Shown: positions 16,026 through 27,592 of the stretch, one piece after another
Position numbering within the stretch: position 1 is the first letter of the stretch
Layout of the letters: every line of letters starts with the position of its first letter
IMG/VR virus record: IMGVR_UViG_3300031867_000045
Span: 1-64,000 of that record
Length of the DNA stretch: 64,000 nucleotides
From: a virus
Direction: 5' to 3' (one strand)
The notes under the pieces: model-generated
Databases searched by the model: none
Told to the model about the DNA's origin: nothing
What the model saw: the letters and a program-made list of their open reading frames with translations, nothing else
Made by a program: the position numbers and the translations under genes

Positions 16026-16056
16026 AGTTTTAACCCCCTATGTATTCATTGACTAA

Positions 16057-16107
16057 ATTATACCATTTGTGATTTAGTTTGTCAAGCATTTCGAGATATT
16101 TCTTTTA
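16057..16107 (-). promoter_or_regulatory. promoter cassette for the integrase (motif, TTGACA-17 bp-TATAAT)
   Basis: On the minus strand: AAGAAATATCTCGAAATGC-TTGACA-aactaaatcacaaatgg-TATAAT, about 30 nt upstream of the int ATG. Confidence 0.65.
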
Positions 16108-16247
16108 ATTTCTTTTATATGACGCAAACAATAATATCGTCATAGCGGTCAACCACATCCAATTACCATTATTGAAATAAATGGTTAGCGTAATTGCACT
16201 TGCAAAAACGATTAAAACCATCAATATATTATATATCATTGTCGGCT

Positions 16248-16676
16248 TCATGCTGAGTTCTCCATATCTTTTAATTGCTGAATAACATTTTTAACTTCCG
16301 CCATTATTTCCTCTGTTCGCCACATTTTTCCGTTAATTGAAAGAGCTAATCCCGGCAGAAAGTCGCCATAATGGGTATAATCCCAGCCGATCACAAAAGT
16401 ATCTCCGAATAACTTATATAATTCCTGATTCTTTATCCGAGCATTTGCGCCTCTGAAATTTTCCATGAAAGAAATACCGCCATGACATTGAATTGATCGT
16501 TCAATCATTGTGCGATTTCCCCGAAGTGGGTGCTTGTCTGGAATATTGACATAAGCACAAGGGTGATACCCATAATTGATGATAACGTACTGATATCCGT
16601 CGATTTCTCCACCCGCAAGAGGATAAAAAAGACGTATCACAGAGTAGATCATTTCAGTTGGCTCTATTGTTTGCAT
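16248..16676 (-). CDS. hypothetical protein
   Basis: 142-aa ORF in the minus-strand operon. Confidence 0.4.
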   Translation of the reverse strand: MQTIEPTEMIYSVIRLFYPLAGGEIDGYQYVIINYGYHPCAYVNIPDKHPLRGNRTMIERSIQCHGGISFMENFRGANARIKNQELYKLFGDTFVIGWDYTHYGDFLPGLALSINGKMWRTEEIMAEVKNVIQQLKDMENSA

Positions 16677-17118
16677 GATTTCTCACCACATTTTTTGATG
16701 AAATTATATATCGTTTCAGCAGCTTCTTTGAGTTCTTCCAAAGGGTACATTAGAACAATATCTTTATATGTAATATCTTCCTTGACTGAACCATCTGGAT
16801 ATTTCCAAATCATTGTGCCGACCATATCCATAGCTTCCAACAATTTTTTAAATTCCGTTTCAGGCATTTTCTTCCTCTTTTTCCGATATTATTGTCCGAG
16901 TTGTAAAATCAAGGATGATCCCGTTTTCTAAGTGGAGTCGCTGCATACCATTATCATACATGGTTGCAATATAACACATGACTTTATAATACCGAGATTT
17001 CAGCCACCAACCGATAATGGTTCTCGGAATTTTGAAACGCTTTCTTTTCTGAGTATAACATTTATTGCCGGATTTATTATTTTGATCGAAATACTTGTCG
17101 CAAACTTCATTCCACATA

Positions 17119-17547
17119 TCATTCACCAAGAGCCGTGCTACCGAGCATAGCAAGAGTAGTCAAAACATTAGGATTTGAATAATCAAAAGTAATACGCATA
17201 GGATCATAATTCGGATCAAGTTCGGGTATTTCCTTAACCCAACAATCCCAATAAGCATTTCTGCGAAAAGGAGAGAAATCGTGATCCTTTTCATAAAGAT
17301 TTACGATTGCATTCCATTTATTGTTTAATTCCCGAACAATTCCTCTCACGGCGTCGTTTCGTTGTGCTTTCCGAGATACGATAAGCTCTTTTGCTTCCTT
17401 GTTTAATCCGCTGACAATTTCTCCGGTAATTGCTCCAAACTCGTCCGCCGTTTGGGGATTTGCTTCAACGATCTTTTTATAATAATCTTTAGCTTTCATG
17501 TAATTTCCGCCTTTCATACTCTTTTTCATAACAAGATTCACATACAC
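17119..17547 (-). CDS. hypothetical protein
   Basis: 142-aa ORF. Confidence 0.4.
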   Translation of the reverse strand: MYVNLVMKKSMKGGNYMKAKDYYKKIVEANPQTADEFGAITGEIVSGLNKEAKELIVSRKAQRNDAVRGIVRELNNKWNAIVNLYEKDHDFSPFRRNAYWDCWVKEIPELDPNYDPMRITFDYSNPNVLTTLAMLGSTALGE

Positions 17548-17669
17548 CGTAGCCGAATCCCGCGTGATTAAAGTGTTCCATTGAGGTATACGCTTCTCCG
17601 AAAGTGATAACCTTATTGCAACCTTTACAAAGGATTTTCTTATTCATATCGGTTGAATAAAGGCAATAA

Positions 17670-18200
17670 TCAAGATTTTCCGGCATTGTTATTCTCCTTT
17701 CCAAGCCCTAAAATCAAGTCCATGAAGTTCCATTTTCTCCGTCCTTCCCATACTTGTGAAGAAAACATTGGAGTATAGAAAATTTCCTGCCCTTCCTTTT
17801 CATCAGGAAATAATACGTGTACTCCCGTCGCTGGATTTGATAATGTATCTCCGATCACAACATATCCAGCACAACCAAGCAGCGATAATTGAATGTAGCA
17901 CATTAAGGCGACAATTCTGCTAATATCCTGAGCAATAAACAAAGCATGATTCTGATAATCAAGCTCATTTTTCCGCATGACGTTTGCCGCAGCGATCAAT
18001 GTAGCACCAGCGCCACAAGCACAATCATAAATCGTAGTCCACCCGCGATTCTTGATATTTTCCGCTATGCCGTCATAATTGATCTTAGACATCATTTCAC
18101 ACAAATGATAAGGTGTGAAGAATTGACCCGCCCAATGGTTGCCTAATTCAAGGCTCATATAAAGATGACCGAGGAAATCTTGATCGGGATTTTCCGTCAT
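17670..18200 (-). pseudogene. N6-adenine DNA methyltransferase-like, C-terminal part (motifs X and I), separated from its N-terminal part by an in-frame TAA
   Basis: GQFFTP (motif X) and IYDCACGAGATL (motif I) are present but there is no clear NPPY/F motif IV. ORF 18204-18434 is in the same frame and ends in TAA, one codon before this ATG. Confidence 0.45.
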
Positions 18201-18203
18201 GGC

Positions 18204-18434
18204 TTAAATCACGATAGAAAACAATTCAGCAGGTTTTTCCATTCCACCAAGTCGCTCAATACATTGTTCATATTCCTTTTCGTTGGATTCTCTCTGCTTT
18301 GCGCGGGTTTCCGTTCGGTTTGCTAATGACATAGCGGTTGCCGTGATGAAATCCGTCCAGACTTGCCAACTATTTCGGGAATAGCACAATCCATCAAAGA
18401 TTTTTAAAAACTCTTTTTCGTATTGACTTGACAT
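18204..18434 (-). pseudogene. N6-adenine methyltransferase N-terminal (HsdM-N-like) fragment
   Basis: 76 aa; ...SWQVWTDFITATAMSLANRTE... resembles the HsdM N-terminal helical domain; same frame as 17670-18200. Confidence 0.4.
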
Positions 18435-18467
18435 TTGGATTCTCCTATGGTTTATTATTTTCCTTTA

Positions 18468-19040
18468 TTATTCGTCCTCATTAAATGGCGTACACATTTC
18501 ATCGAGCGTCGGCAAATTATCCAGTTGCCATTCTGCAACAAGTTTAACCGGCATATATCCATCTTCTGCTTTATCCGACAAGAAATAAAATCTTTCGTTT
18601 TCCGTTAATGCTTCTTTATTGAATCCCTCATATCCCTCAAACGTATTCTTATCGAGATCGATAACCCACGCATATTCACAGAATAAACTATTCGCCGCAA
18701 AGTTTATTCTATTTCTGAGTTTCAGCCCATTTTCCGACTTGTAAACAAGTTCAAGAATATCCGCGCCGGTATCTCTTGAAAGTTCGGGATATACTCTTGT
18801 GTAATCGTCCAGTTCGCCCGATTTGATTCTCTCGTTAATGGCGTCGATATATTCAGAAGTTGCCCAACTGCAAGCCTTTAATTTCTGCTCAAATTCTCTG
18901 CGAAAACCACCATCAGAAAGATTCTGACAGAATTTAAGGCACGTTGCCCCCTGACCTTCGGGATAGCCGTCCCACTGGCTGTATTGTGCTACCCTATATT
19001 CTCCATCGAAAAATACTGCAATTAGATTTCTTGTACCCAT
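18468..19040 (-). CDS. hypothetical protein
   Basis: 190-aa ORF. Confidence 0.4.
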   Translation of the reverse strand: MGTRNLIAVFFDGEYRVAQYSQWDGYPEGQGATCLKFCQNLSDGGFRREFEQKLKACSWATSEYIDAINERIKSGELDDYTRVYPELSRDTGADILELVYKSENGLKLRNRINFAANSLFCEYAWVIDLDKNTFEGYEGFNKEALTENERFYFLSDKAEDGYMPVKLVAEWQLDNLPTLDEMCTPFNEDE

Positions 19041-19245
19041 TTTATGACTCCTTTTTATTTATAACATCTTCGATTTCGGCTTTTGTGTACCGTGATAGAT
19101 CATGTTTAAAATATTTATACTGCCTGTATTTACTCATACATTCTTTCAGCGTTTCCGCCTCGATTGTTTTTGAATGTTTCTTATTAAACAGCGGGCGCAT
19201 TTCCGCATCACGTTCATAATAAACAATCGTGATTATATATTGCAT

Positions 19246-21180
19246 TTAGTTATTCCTTCCGTATTCAAATACCGGCTTGTAAGTGTTGAAAATCGGTTTC
19301 AGCCCTTTTTTAAGGCAATAATCAATTACAATGTCAAACTGCTTCGGATCACAAGCTGAGATAATCGATCTCTGAATACTTACACCAGGCGTTTTACTCT
19401 CGACAGGCGTATAGAAAATATCTTTCGGAATATCCACCCAGCCGTCATAAATCAGAGCTTCGCCATAAATGCGAATTGAGTATAAGCCGCGCTTTCTCGG
19501 CAGCTTTACAATCAGTTTCACGGTGTTTTCGTACTGTGCATATTTTCCGATCTCGTAACTCTCGAATGTTACATGGTTGATCGATACCCAGCCGAATCCA
19601 TTAGATTGTATGACGGTATATTTTCCGCCCTGTTTCATATCGGCATATCGCATTTGATCTACCCTATTAATGGTTTCATTCAGTACACGATACATACAAT
19701 ACTTGAATTTTCCGACAGGAATAGCACGAACGATATTAACGTTGAACGGCACTTTATGACTATTGATGTAATTAACCATCTCGGCGCGGAACAGTTCAAA
19801 ACCCATTGAATTGTAATCACTTTCGGATTTATCATCATCAACAATGTAATCACTGTTGGCAGCGAGAATATCGTCCTTTGCCTTTTCCAGTTCTTCCGCC
19901 ACGGCTTCGTATTCTTTGAGCTTTTCCAATGTCATGGTGCCGGTGTTCGGTGCGAAAGTTTCCGTCACAACAGATTTTTCATCAACCTCATACACATAAC
20001 GACCATAATTATATCCCTGCGGATCAATAACCAGTTTCAAAACGTTTTCACAATAAATGGCAACACAATTTGTATTGTACCACTCAACTGTTTCACGTTC
20101 TTCCTTGCTCATGCGGGTGTAATCTTCCATATCCTTAACTCTGTAATCATCAGTATCGGAACCACCCATCTGTTCAAGGAACGAAAAATCAGTAATAAGA
20201 TGTTCATTGATAAACAGATTGTAAATATACTCAGACATGAATACTTTTCTTGCGATCTTGCAATTCACACGACCATGACGAGTATAATATTCATCTTCCT
20301 TTGAATCAAGATTGGGTACTTTGTTAGCAACCAACTTAACGCCTACCGCCCACATTTCGCAATCTTCCGTAGTGTGATTTGCTTCGATCTCGGCGGTTTC
20401 CGCTTCCATACGCTTTCTAAATTCTTCTGCACGTTTCCGGGCAATCTCATACTCGCGCATGGCTTCTTCATGTTCACGCTGCTTGCGTTCTTCCTCGGAC
20501 TTCTCAAACTCAGCAAGATCAATTTTGAATTGCTCGGAAATCGTATGTTCACCGACTGTTTCCTCGCGCTGTTCATACTCATATCTGCTTACAATATTAT
20601 TAGGATGATAGGAACCGTAAAAATTGACATCGAAATAGTCAGAATAATAATCGGAATTGTTATAATTATAACTATCAACAAATCTATAAACATACTCTGC
20701 GATAGCCTGTACCTCTGCGCTCTCACGATCCCAGGGACTTGACTTCATGGTAACGTCGATAGAATTATAATCCGATCTTACCGACCATTTGCACATCGGG
20801 AATCTCGCGCGAATGTGCTTACGAATAATAGTGGCGATCTCTTTGGTGTCGGTCAAATGGCTTTCCGCGTAATGATTCTTGATATTATCCGTTCTCGTCA
20901 TTTCAAACAGATTATAAGGTTTCTCGGACTTTTCGAGAGATTTCTTGACTTCGGCACAATTATCAAGGCTGTTAGCAAATGCCATACGCTCGTCGCTCTG
21001 CTTTGCGTACCACATTTTCTGCTTACCGCTCCAACGAAAACCGTTTGTCTTTAAACCCTCGATCACGCTTGCCGCGGGCTTACAATCAAATCTGATTTCG
21101 ATTCCGTTTTTCTCGTTATTGATCGTGATTGTCGTCATTTTGATGATCTCCTTTACTTGCGTTGTTGTCGTTGTTTTCAT
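19246..21180 (-). CDS. large hypothetical protein (644 aa) with a central charged coiled-coil
   Basis: Long ORF with its own consensus promoter (21188-21238); EEERKQREHEEAMREYEIARKRAEEFRKRMEAE coiled-coil; no recognisable catalytic motif. Confidence 0.5.
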   Translation of the reverse strand: MKTTTTTQVKEIIKMTTITINNEKNGIEIRFDCKPAASVIEGLKTNGFRWSGKQKMWYAKQSDERMAFANSLDNCAEVKKSLEKSEKPYNLFEMTRTDNIKNHYAESHLTDTKEIATIIRKHIRARFPMCKWSVRSDYNSIDVTMKSSPWDRESAEVQAIAEYVYRFVDSYNYNNSDYYSDYFDVNFYGSYHPNNIVSRYEYEQREETVGEHTISEQFKIDLAEFEKSEEERKQREHEEAMREYEIARKRAEEFRKRMEAETAEIEANHTTEDCEMWAVGVKLVANKVPNLDSKEDEYYTRHGRVNCKIARKVFMSEYIYNLFINEHLITDFSFLEQMGGSDTDDYRVKDMEDYTRMSKEERETVEWYNTNCVAIYCENVLKLVIDPQGYNYGRYVYEVDEKSVVTETFAPNTGTMTLEKLKEYEAVAEELEKAKDDILAANSDYIVDDDKSESDYNSMGFELFRAEMVNYINSHKVPFNVNIVRAIPVGKFKYCMYRVLNETINRVDQMRYADMKQGGKYTVIQSNGFGWVSINHVTFESYEIGKYAQYENTVKLIVKLPRKRGLYSIRIYGEALIYDGWVDIPKDIFYTPVESKTPGVSIQRSIISACDPKQFDIVIDYCLKKGLKPIFNTYKPVFEYGRNN

Positions 21181-21187
21181 TATCTGT

Positions 21188-21238
21188 ATTATATCACAGG
21201 TTTATACGATTGTCAACACTTTTCGAGAAATTTCCTGA
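21188..21238 (-). promoter_or_regulatory. promoter cassette (motif variant AGGAAATTTCTCGAAAAGTG, TTGACA-17 bp-TATAAT)
   Basis: Perfect -35 and -10 hexamers with 17-bp spacer on the minus strand. Confidence 0.65.
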
Positions 21239-22243
21239 TTTTTTCTTGAAAAAAATGCTCAATAATTGAACACTTTTTCAGCCGATTTTGACGATAAAAT
21301 TACCATTTGATTTACATTGTTATTTGCTTAGTTTTTTATATATTCTTTCTCTATATTGGTTTACTTTCTTTTGGTATATATTTCCTTTGACCATATCCAA
21401 TATTCTCAAAGCATCATTATACCTCTTTCCAGAAATGTAAAGATCAACGAGCCTAAAAGTCCAGCTCATACTATCAAAGGCTAAACCGCCATTTTGAAAA
21501 ATCAATTCCCAAAAAGATGTGATTTTTTCGTAATCACAATCATTTTCATATTGTTCTTCCGCCTTATTGATTGCCTCAATTTGCATTTCTTGCAATACCA
21601 ATATTTGATATTGCCTCGGAGCAACCTCTTTAAATCTTTCTAATTCTGATTTATCTAATGGGAGTATTCTTTTTACTTTTTTACCAATATACATATTTCT
21701 TACCTCTTATATTCATAATTTTCCGCGCCGGTGATATACTTCTGAAAATCTACGCGAATCAAATCATCGTTTCCGATCTTTTTCACTCCGCTGCCGAATG
21801 CAATTCTTCCGTTTGCTCCGACAAAGTTAATTGTCTTGTTTCCATTCACCGCCATAATCTCGGCATAACATCTTTCTGTCGGCTTTGCGCCGTCGCAAAA
21901 GGTGAATCCCTCGTCCTCGGCAAGCTGCATAAACTTTTCGCCGATTGCCACGTTTGCAAGATATACATATACTCTGCCGTTTTTCTTGCTTAATTCTTCG
22001 ATTGTTCTCATTGATATTTTCCTTTCAAAATAGAATTTTCGTAAAATAAAATCCTATCTTAACCGATAGGATATATCTCACTCCTATCGGTCAAGCATTA
22101 CCACCTTGCCTATTTATCGTCAGATTTTCCGCAAATTGCCGATTGATATGGTAGGTTGGTGTACGGTCATCGGGCTTGCCCCTCGCGTACTCTATATAGG
22201 ACTTATTCTATTACTTATAGTATAGCCAGATTTTCCGGTATTG

Positions 22244-23425
22244 TCAAGCGGATTTCTTCATGTATGACAAAATTGCCTCGCTATGCTCGTCCTGCATTCT
22301 CATAGGAACGATCATACATTCATATTCTCCCTGCTGAATGTAAATCGGTTTCAAACTGTTATCCGATGTGATAACAATATGATCTTGAATTTTTGAATCG
22401 TTTTTCAGAACTCCCAAAATTCGGGACATGAAATGCGGATTGATCATCTTGACAAAATCCTCGGAGATTTCGCCGGTATGCTCCAAAATTTCCATAGTCT
22501 TGAATCTGCTTGTACCGAATCCAACGGTCAGATTGTCGCCGATCATGGCGATAATCGCGCCTTTACTCATATGAGAATCAATATCTGCAAATTCCTTGAA
22601 TGTTTCATACGCTGCCGGAATGTTCAATTTGAATCTCAAATTTTCCTCTTTGACGGGATCAATGGCAAGAGAGTAATCAAAAAATTCTCCCTCGGTCAGC
22701 ATAAAGGTGTATTCAAAATCTCCACCGACAAATGCGCCGTACTTTCCGTCCTCAGATACACGGATTTCGATTGTTTCCTTTGTCTTATAATCCACAATCT
22801 TTTTCAAATTTGTGAGATAGCCGGAATCAATGCCACGAATGAGCATACCGGAATAATCCTCTTTCACAAAATCCCATTCGACGTTTCTTTTCACCATGAT
22901 AAAACCATCACAAGTGACAATTACATGATGTTTCGGATCAAGGAAATATGACTGATATACCGGCTTATTCGGATTATCCGATAATCCCGCCGCTACGTTC
23001 TTGAATGTTTCCAGTAAATCGGATTTATCAACGCGGATCGCCGGTAATACTGCGGAATGCGCTTCGGGCATTTCCTTTTCATATCGGTCATTCTCGGCAA
23101 CCAGCTCGCATTTCTTCTTTCCGGTGCTGATAGTAAAATACTTTTCCTCGCTACATTCCACCATGAGCATACTGTCTTTTACCTTGATGTATTTCGTTTC
23201 ATTGTAGTTAATAAATGCAAAACCACCTTCGATGACGTTGGCGCCGGGAACGCTGATTTTCAAATGTTCGTCGATCTGCTGCGTTTCCATTGTAACGGTA
23301 TTTTCCACCTGATTCGCCGTGATCTTGATATACTCGAAAATCTGAATGCGTGTTTTCTTTTTCGCGATAACCGTTACACGATCCAGGGCGTTCATAAATT
23401 CCTTTGTCGGTACTGTAAATTTCAT
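22244..23425 (-). CDS. dnaN: DNA polymerase III beta subunit (sliding clamp)
   Basis: 393 aa; starts MKFTV and ends ...ECMIVPMRMQ, like bacterial beta clamps (MKFTVERE...YVVMPMRL); clamp-like length. Confidence 0.65.
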   Translation of the reverse strand: MKFTVPTKEFMNALDRVTVIAKKKTRIQIFEYIKITANQVENTVTMETQQIDEHLKISVPGANVIEGGFAFINYNETKYIKVKDSMLMVECSEEKYFTISTGKKKCELVAENDRYEKEMPEAHSAVLPAIRVDKSDLLETFKNVAAGLSDNPNKPVYQSYFLDPKHHVIVTCDGFIMVKRNVEWDFVKEDYSGMLIRGIDSGYLTNLKKIVDYKTKETIEIRVSEDGKYGAFVGGDFEYTFMLTEGEFFDYSLAIDPVKEENLRFKLNIPAAYETFKEFADIDSHMSKGAIIAMIGDNLTVGFGTSRFKTMEILEHTGEISEDFVKMINPHFMSRILGVLKNDSKIQDHIVITSDNSLKPIYIQQGEYECMIVPMRMQDEHSEAILSYMKKSA

Positions 23426-24633
23426 TTTGTTGCTCCTTATTTCTTACATTTTCTCATGGTGTAAATAATCTGCTCAATCTCGCTCATTCTCAAATCAACT
23501 CTGATTGCTAATCCTCCGTCGATGACACTGAATGATACAACATTGATTTTCAAAAGCAAACCACCATTATAATAAAAGTCGTTTATGGTCTTTTCTCTGC
23601 GAATCGGCTGCAAGTTATCATCATTAATAACTATCGGGATATTCCAGTTAGAATACAGAGCAAGTAATTCTTTTACAGTCATGTTATTACCTCACTTTTC
23701 TGCTTGTTTTAAAGTATTAAATAAACTTCTGAGATCATCATACTTATTAATTGTAGGAATTGAAGCGCCAAAATTTCCACGAATTTCACCGGTGCCCTTC
23801 CAATGATTCACGCTGATTGTCAAATCTGCCGCGGATTTTTCCGGGTAATTTGGCTTATAATCCGCAAAGTATTCATCTCTTGTCTGCGAAAAATATAAAT
23901 GTTCATCGTCCGCTGCAAGCAATCTTCTGATGATATTTTTAAAACTTTTCATCGTTAATGAGATTTGAGGATCAATAATTTTAGCCATTGTCTGCCTCCG
24001 TATAGTTATTTATCAAATCGTTTCGTTATCCCCAATTGCCCTATAATGTTTTGCAAAATATTCCATATCCTTTGCAGTCGGGATATAGCCATCTTCCCAT
24101 ATAGGGAGGCGAATCAAATAAGGTTCACTCCGCTGATCTAAAAACTCGCATTCTTTACATTCCTGCGGGATATTCTTGTAAAACTCTTTACGAAATCTAC
24201 AATTACGGCAAATAGAATTACACTCTATGGTATAGCCGTACAAGTTAGGGTATTTAATTCTTTCGGTAATAACTCCCGATTTCTTGCTCATATTATTTCA
24301 CCTCATTATCACCACAATTCCGATTGATCGAAAACTTCAATTTGCCTGACATTCTTATCTTTATACTTCGCATTTCTTTGATTGTAATGCTTGATTCTGT
24401 CTGCAATCTCAGATTCGCTACCAGTAAAGATATATCCCTCGCCGGAAATAATATATCCGCCATCGACCTTCATATATTTGATAGTTCCATCTATCGGCTC
24501 AACTCTCACACGAAATAAACCCTGCGGATTATCTTCACTTTTGAATATATCATCATAATCCAAAGAAGAATTATAATATCCCGACTTATTCAGCCTTTTT
24601 ACAATGATTGTACTTGTCATACAAAATCACTCC

Positions 24634-25404
24634 TTAATGTGCTGCTGCAAAAGCCATACAAAGTAATCCGGCTTCCGCTGCGCTGCTCGAACCCTGGATC
24701 AGAGATTCAAGATCATTCATCAGTTTGTTGCCGTCGCCGTGCTGCTTGTTCGGTTTAACTTTTACAAGCTCCGGCATATGGACTTCGATCATCTTTTCAA
24801 ATTTACCTACATCATCGGTATCTCCACGCCGCGCCGCTATCAAGTTAGCATATGCGACTGCTTCATCACCCTGTAAAGCTGAGAAATAACGATCCTTACT
24901 GATATTCGGATTGTAATGGTATGTCACGAATAAACCGGTTCCTCCGTGATTATGACCTAAGCCAAATGTGGTAATATCATATCTCGGCTCGGCTGTCTGT
25001 GAATAAACTTCTCCATCAATAATGATGTAGTTTTTATTCGCGTCCTTTACGGCTTGAATCATCCTTTTTCTATCCGGATGTTCACCGTCGCGCCATTCTC
25101 GCGGAAAGAACACAGAAGAATGTTCGCTTTTCCATTTCAACTCGTCCAGAGTAGATGTGATCCCCTTTTCTTCCGGATCATATACAAATGTTCCGGACTT
25201 TACTTTGCTCCACAGTTTACCCTTGAAAAAATAAATCTTACCTTTGCCGTTGTATGAATTATCTTCAAATGCAAGTTGCATTTCTTCCGGCGCAACCTCT
25301 CGGATATTTGCGTCATAGTATTCTTCACAAACACGGTAACGTGTTTTTCTACATCTTGGCGGGATATATCCTTCCTCATATTTGATCCATGTCTTGATTT
25401 TCAT
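24634..25404 (-). CDS. hypothetical protein
   Basis: 256 aa; its leader and first codons (cgaaaagcgagggaaacgaaATGAAAAT) are identical to those of the gene at 33998-34444. Confidence 0.45.
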   Translation of the reverse strand: MKIKTWIKYEEGYIPPRCRKTRYRVCEEYYDANIREVAPEEMQLAFEDNSYNGKGKIYFFKGKLWSKVKSGTFVYDPEEKGITSTLDELKWKSEHSSVFFPREWRDGEHPDRKRMIQAVKDANKNYIIIDGEVYSQTAEPRYDITTFGLGHNHGGTGLFVTYHYNPNISKDRYFSALQGDEAVAYANLIAARRGDTDDVGKFEKMIEVHMPELVKVKPNKQHGDGNKLMNDLESLIQGSSSAAEAGLLCMAFAAAH

Positions 25405-25419
25405 TTCGTTTCCCTCGCT

Positions 25420-25534
25420 TTTCGAGATATTTCTTTTACTGGATTATTTTATAAGGGCGATCCGCCCTGTTTCATTGTATACATTATACCATATACATTT
25501 TAGATTGTCAATGCTTTTCGAGTAATTTCTTGAT
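25420..25534 (-). promoter_or_regulatory. full promoter cassette: motif, TTGACA-17 bp-TATAAT, agggcgGATcgccct hairpin, second motif, RBS
   Basis: On the minus strand: CAAGAAATTACTCGAAAAGCA-TTGACA-atctaaaatgtatatgg-TATAAT, then GGGCGGATCGCCC hairpin, then AGAAATATCTCGAAAAGCG-AGGGAAACGAA-ATG. Confidence 0.7.
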
Positions 25535-25552
25535 TATTTTACGCGATATTTT

Positions 25553-26014
25553 TCAATCGCGATCCGCCCAAAACAGATTACCACTTGCCAAATTTCCGAT
25601 AACCATGCCATAGATTTCTTTTTCATCGCCAGGATTGCAAGGCAAGCCGAATTGATATTCTACCGCGCCACTACCCTCATAATTCGTGAAAACCTCGGCA
25701 ATCATTTTATGGTCTGCGTCCACTTCCTGCGGGATAAAATGAATTGTGATAATTTTCTTTTCTTCATCGTTCAGTTTAACACGCAGCGTTTTGATTTCTT
25801 CTTTTGTGATTTTCTGAAAATCCGTCATAGCTTCCGCGCCAACTGCAACCGATAGAACCTCATAACTGTCTACATTTTTCAAGTTATCGGTAATCCAATC
25901 CTCGATATACTCATAGTATTCTGCGGATTCCGGCTTGATATCATCAGCCATATGGATTTTAACTGTAAAATTAGCGTCCATAGCCGAATGAATTAAAAGA
26001 ATAACATCATACAT
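25553..26014 (-). CDS. hypothetical protein
   Basis: 153-aa ORF. Confidence 0.4.
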   Translation of the reverse strand: MYDVILLIHSAMDANFTVKIHMADDIKPESAEYYEYIEDWITDNLKNVDSYEVLSVAVGAEAMTDFQKITKEEIKTLRVKLNDEEKKIITIHFIPQEVDADHKMIAEVFTNYEGSGAVEYQFGLPCNPGDEKEIYGMVIGNLASGNLFWADRD

Positions 26015-27250
26015 ATTGATAGCTCCTTTAGATAAAATATCATGTTTAGTATAACATATTTTCTTATAATTGCAAGGGATAGGCGGTAGTTAAACCGCCC
26101 AGCCCTGCGCTTTCCATTCCTCGATCACATCATAGCCATCATGGTACTTTGTGATGATTTCATCGTCCCATGAATAATAACCGTTCATATACTCGGTTAA
26201 ATCGTTAATGATCTTTTGCGGCGCTTTCTTATACTTATTCAGCCACCAGATATAATTGACGATCTTCTCAGTCGAAAACTCAGGATAACCACCGGCGACA
26301 TGACGATCAATGTTTTCTTTGATTCTGATAACCTTGCGCAATATTCCATTTTTGATCTGTTGCTTCTTTGCCATGATCTTGCCCCCTTGATTATCTTACA
26401 AGTCAATTATACTATATCATTTTAGTAATGTCAATACTTTTCGAGAAATTTCCCGAATTATTTTTTGCGGGCTTGCTTTCCGATCTGCTTCCAGTATTTT
26501 CGGCGTGACTTCTGATCCTTTAACTGCATAGCCCTCATGTTATGCTTTTTAAAATCGTCAATAGGCGGATTTGACGGCGTTGCTTTTTGGATAATACCGT
26601 ACACCGCCCAAACAAGCAAGATTAAAAAAACCACCACCAACCACATTGAATCACTCCCTCACAATCTCGTCCAATTTTTCAATAATGCCATTTGCGCCAT
26701 GAAGAACGCCCAAGGATTCCAGATCGTATATCAAGCCGATCAACTGACTATATGCCCTGCTGCCGGTCTTTGTAAAGTAATTATAATGCTTCTCGCCGTC
26801 ATAATCAATACATTCGATTGTTGGATTTTTCAAAAACGGTTTATTGCAACCAAAATATTCTTTTAAAATCTCGTCAAGTGCTTTCATGTGATCCTCCTTA
26901 AATTGTATTGTAGAAGATTTCCCGATACTCCGGTAATTTTTCTTTGATCGGTCTTTTATCGTTTAATGCTTTGATTAAATCGCTCGTTTTTAAAGTATCA
27001 AGGATTTTAAACCATTGATTTTGAGCGGGTAGCTGCTCAAATTTAAAGGCTTGATCTGCTCGCCTGTCTTTTGCTTCCCTCTCGATTCTCTCGATAATAT
27101 TGGCGGGCATTTTATCCTTTGAAATATACCATGTGATCCTGCCGCCGTCTGAGATATGCGCTACTGTAGGATAATCATTATTGATCTTGACCGCTACATT
27201 ATAAGCTGTGATCCCGTTGCCAAAGAATCCAAAGTGAATATCATATTTTG

Positions 27251-27592
27251 TCATGCTGATACCTCCGTTATGCTTTCTTCGAGAAAACGATCTACATTAG
27301 AATACATACATTCAACTTTATTTCTAAGAATATCATTGCCAAATGTTCTAACTAATTTTTCATCATAAATGTTGGTAAATCCTCTCGTATTCACCAAATA
27401 ATAAGGCATTGAAACAACTTTAGCATGACCATAATCATAAAGTATCAATACTAAATCGGTAATATGCTTTGCAAGTAATCTATCAACCTGTGACCATTTC
27501 ATCTGTCCCTGCTGCTCGATGAAATCCATAAGAGAAATAACTTCTGAATTTGATAATTTATATCTCTTTTCCTTTTTCATATTGCTCTCCAC
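27251..27592 (-). CDS. hypothetical protein
   Basis: 113-aa ORF preceded by a full promoter cassette (27593-27660). Confidence 0.4.
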   Translation of the reverse strand: MESNMKKEKRYKLSNSEVISLMDFIEQQGQMKWSQVDRLLAKHITDLVLILYDYGHAKVVSMPYYLVNTRGFTNIYDEKLVRTFGNDILRNKVECMYSNVDRFLEESITEVSA

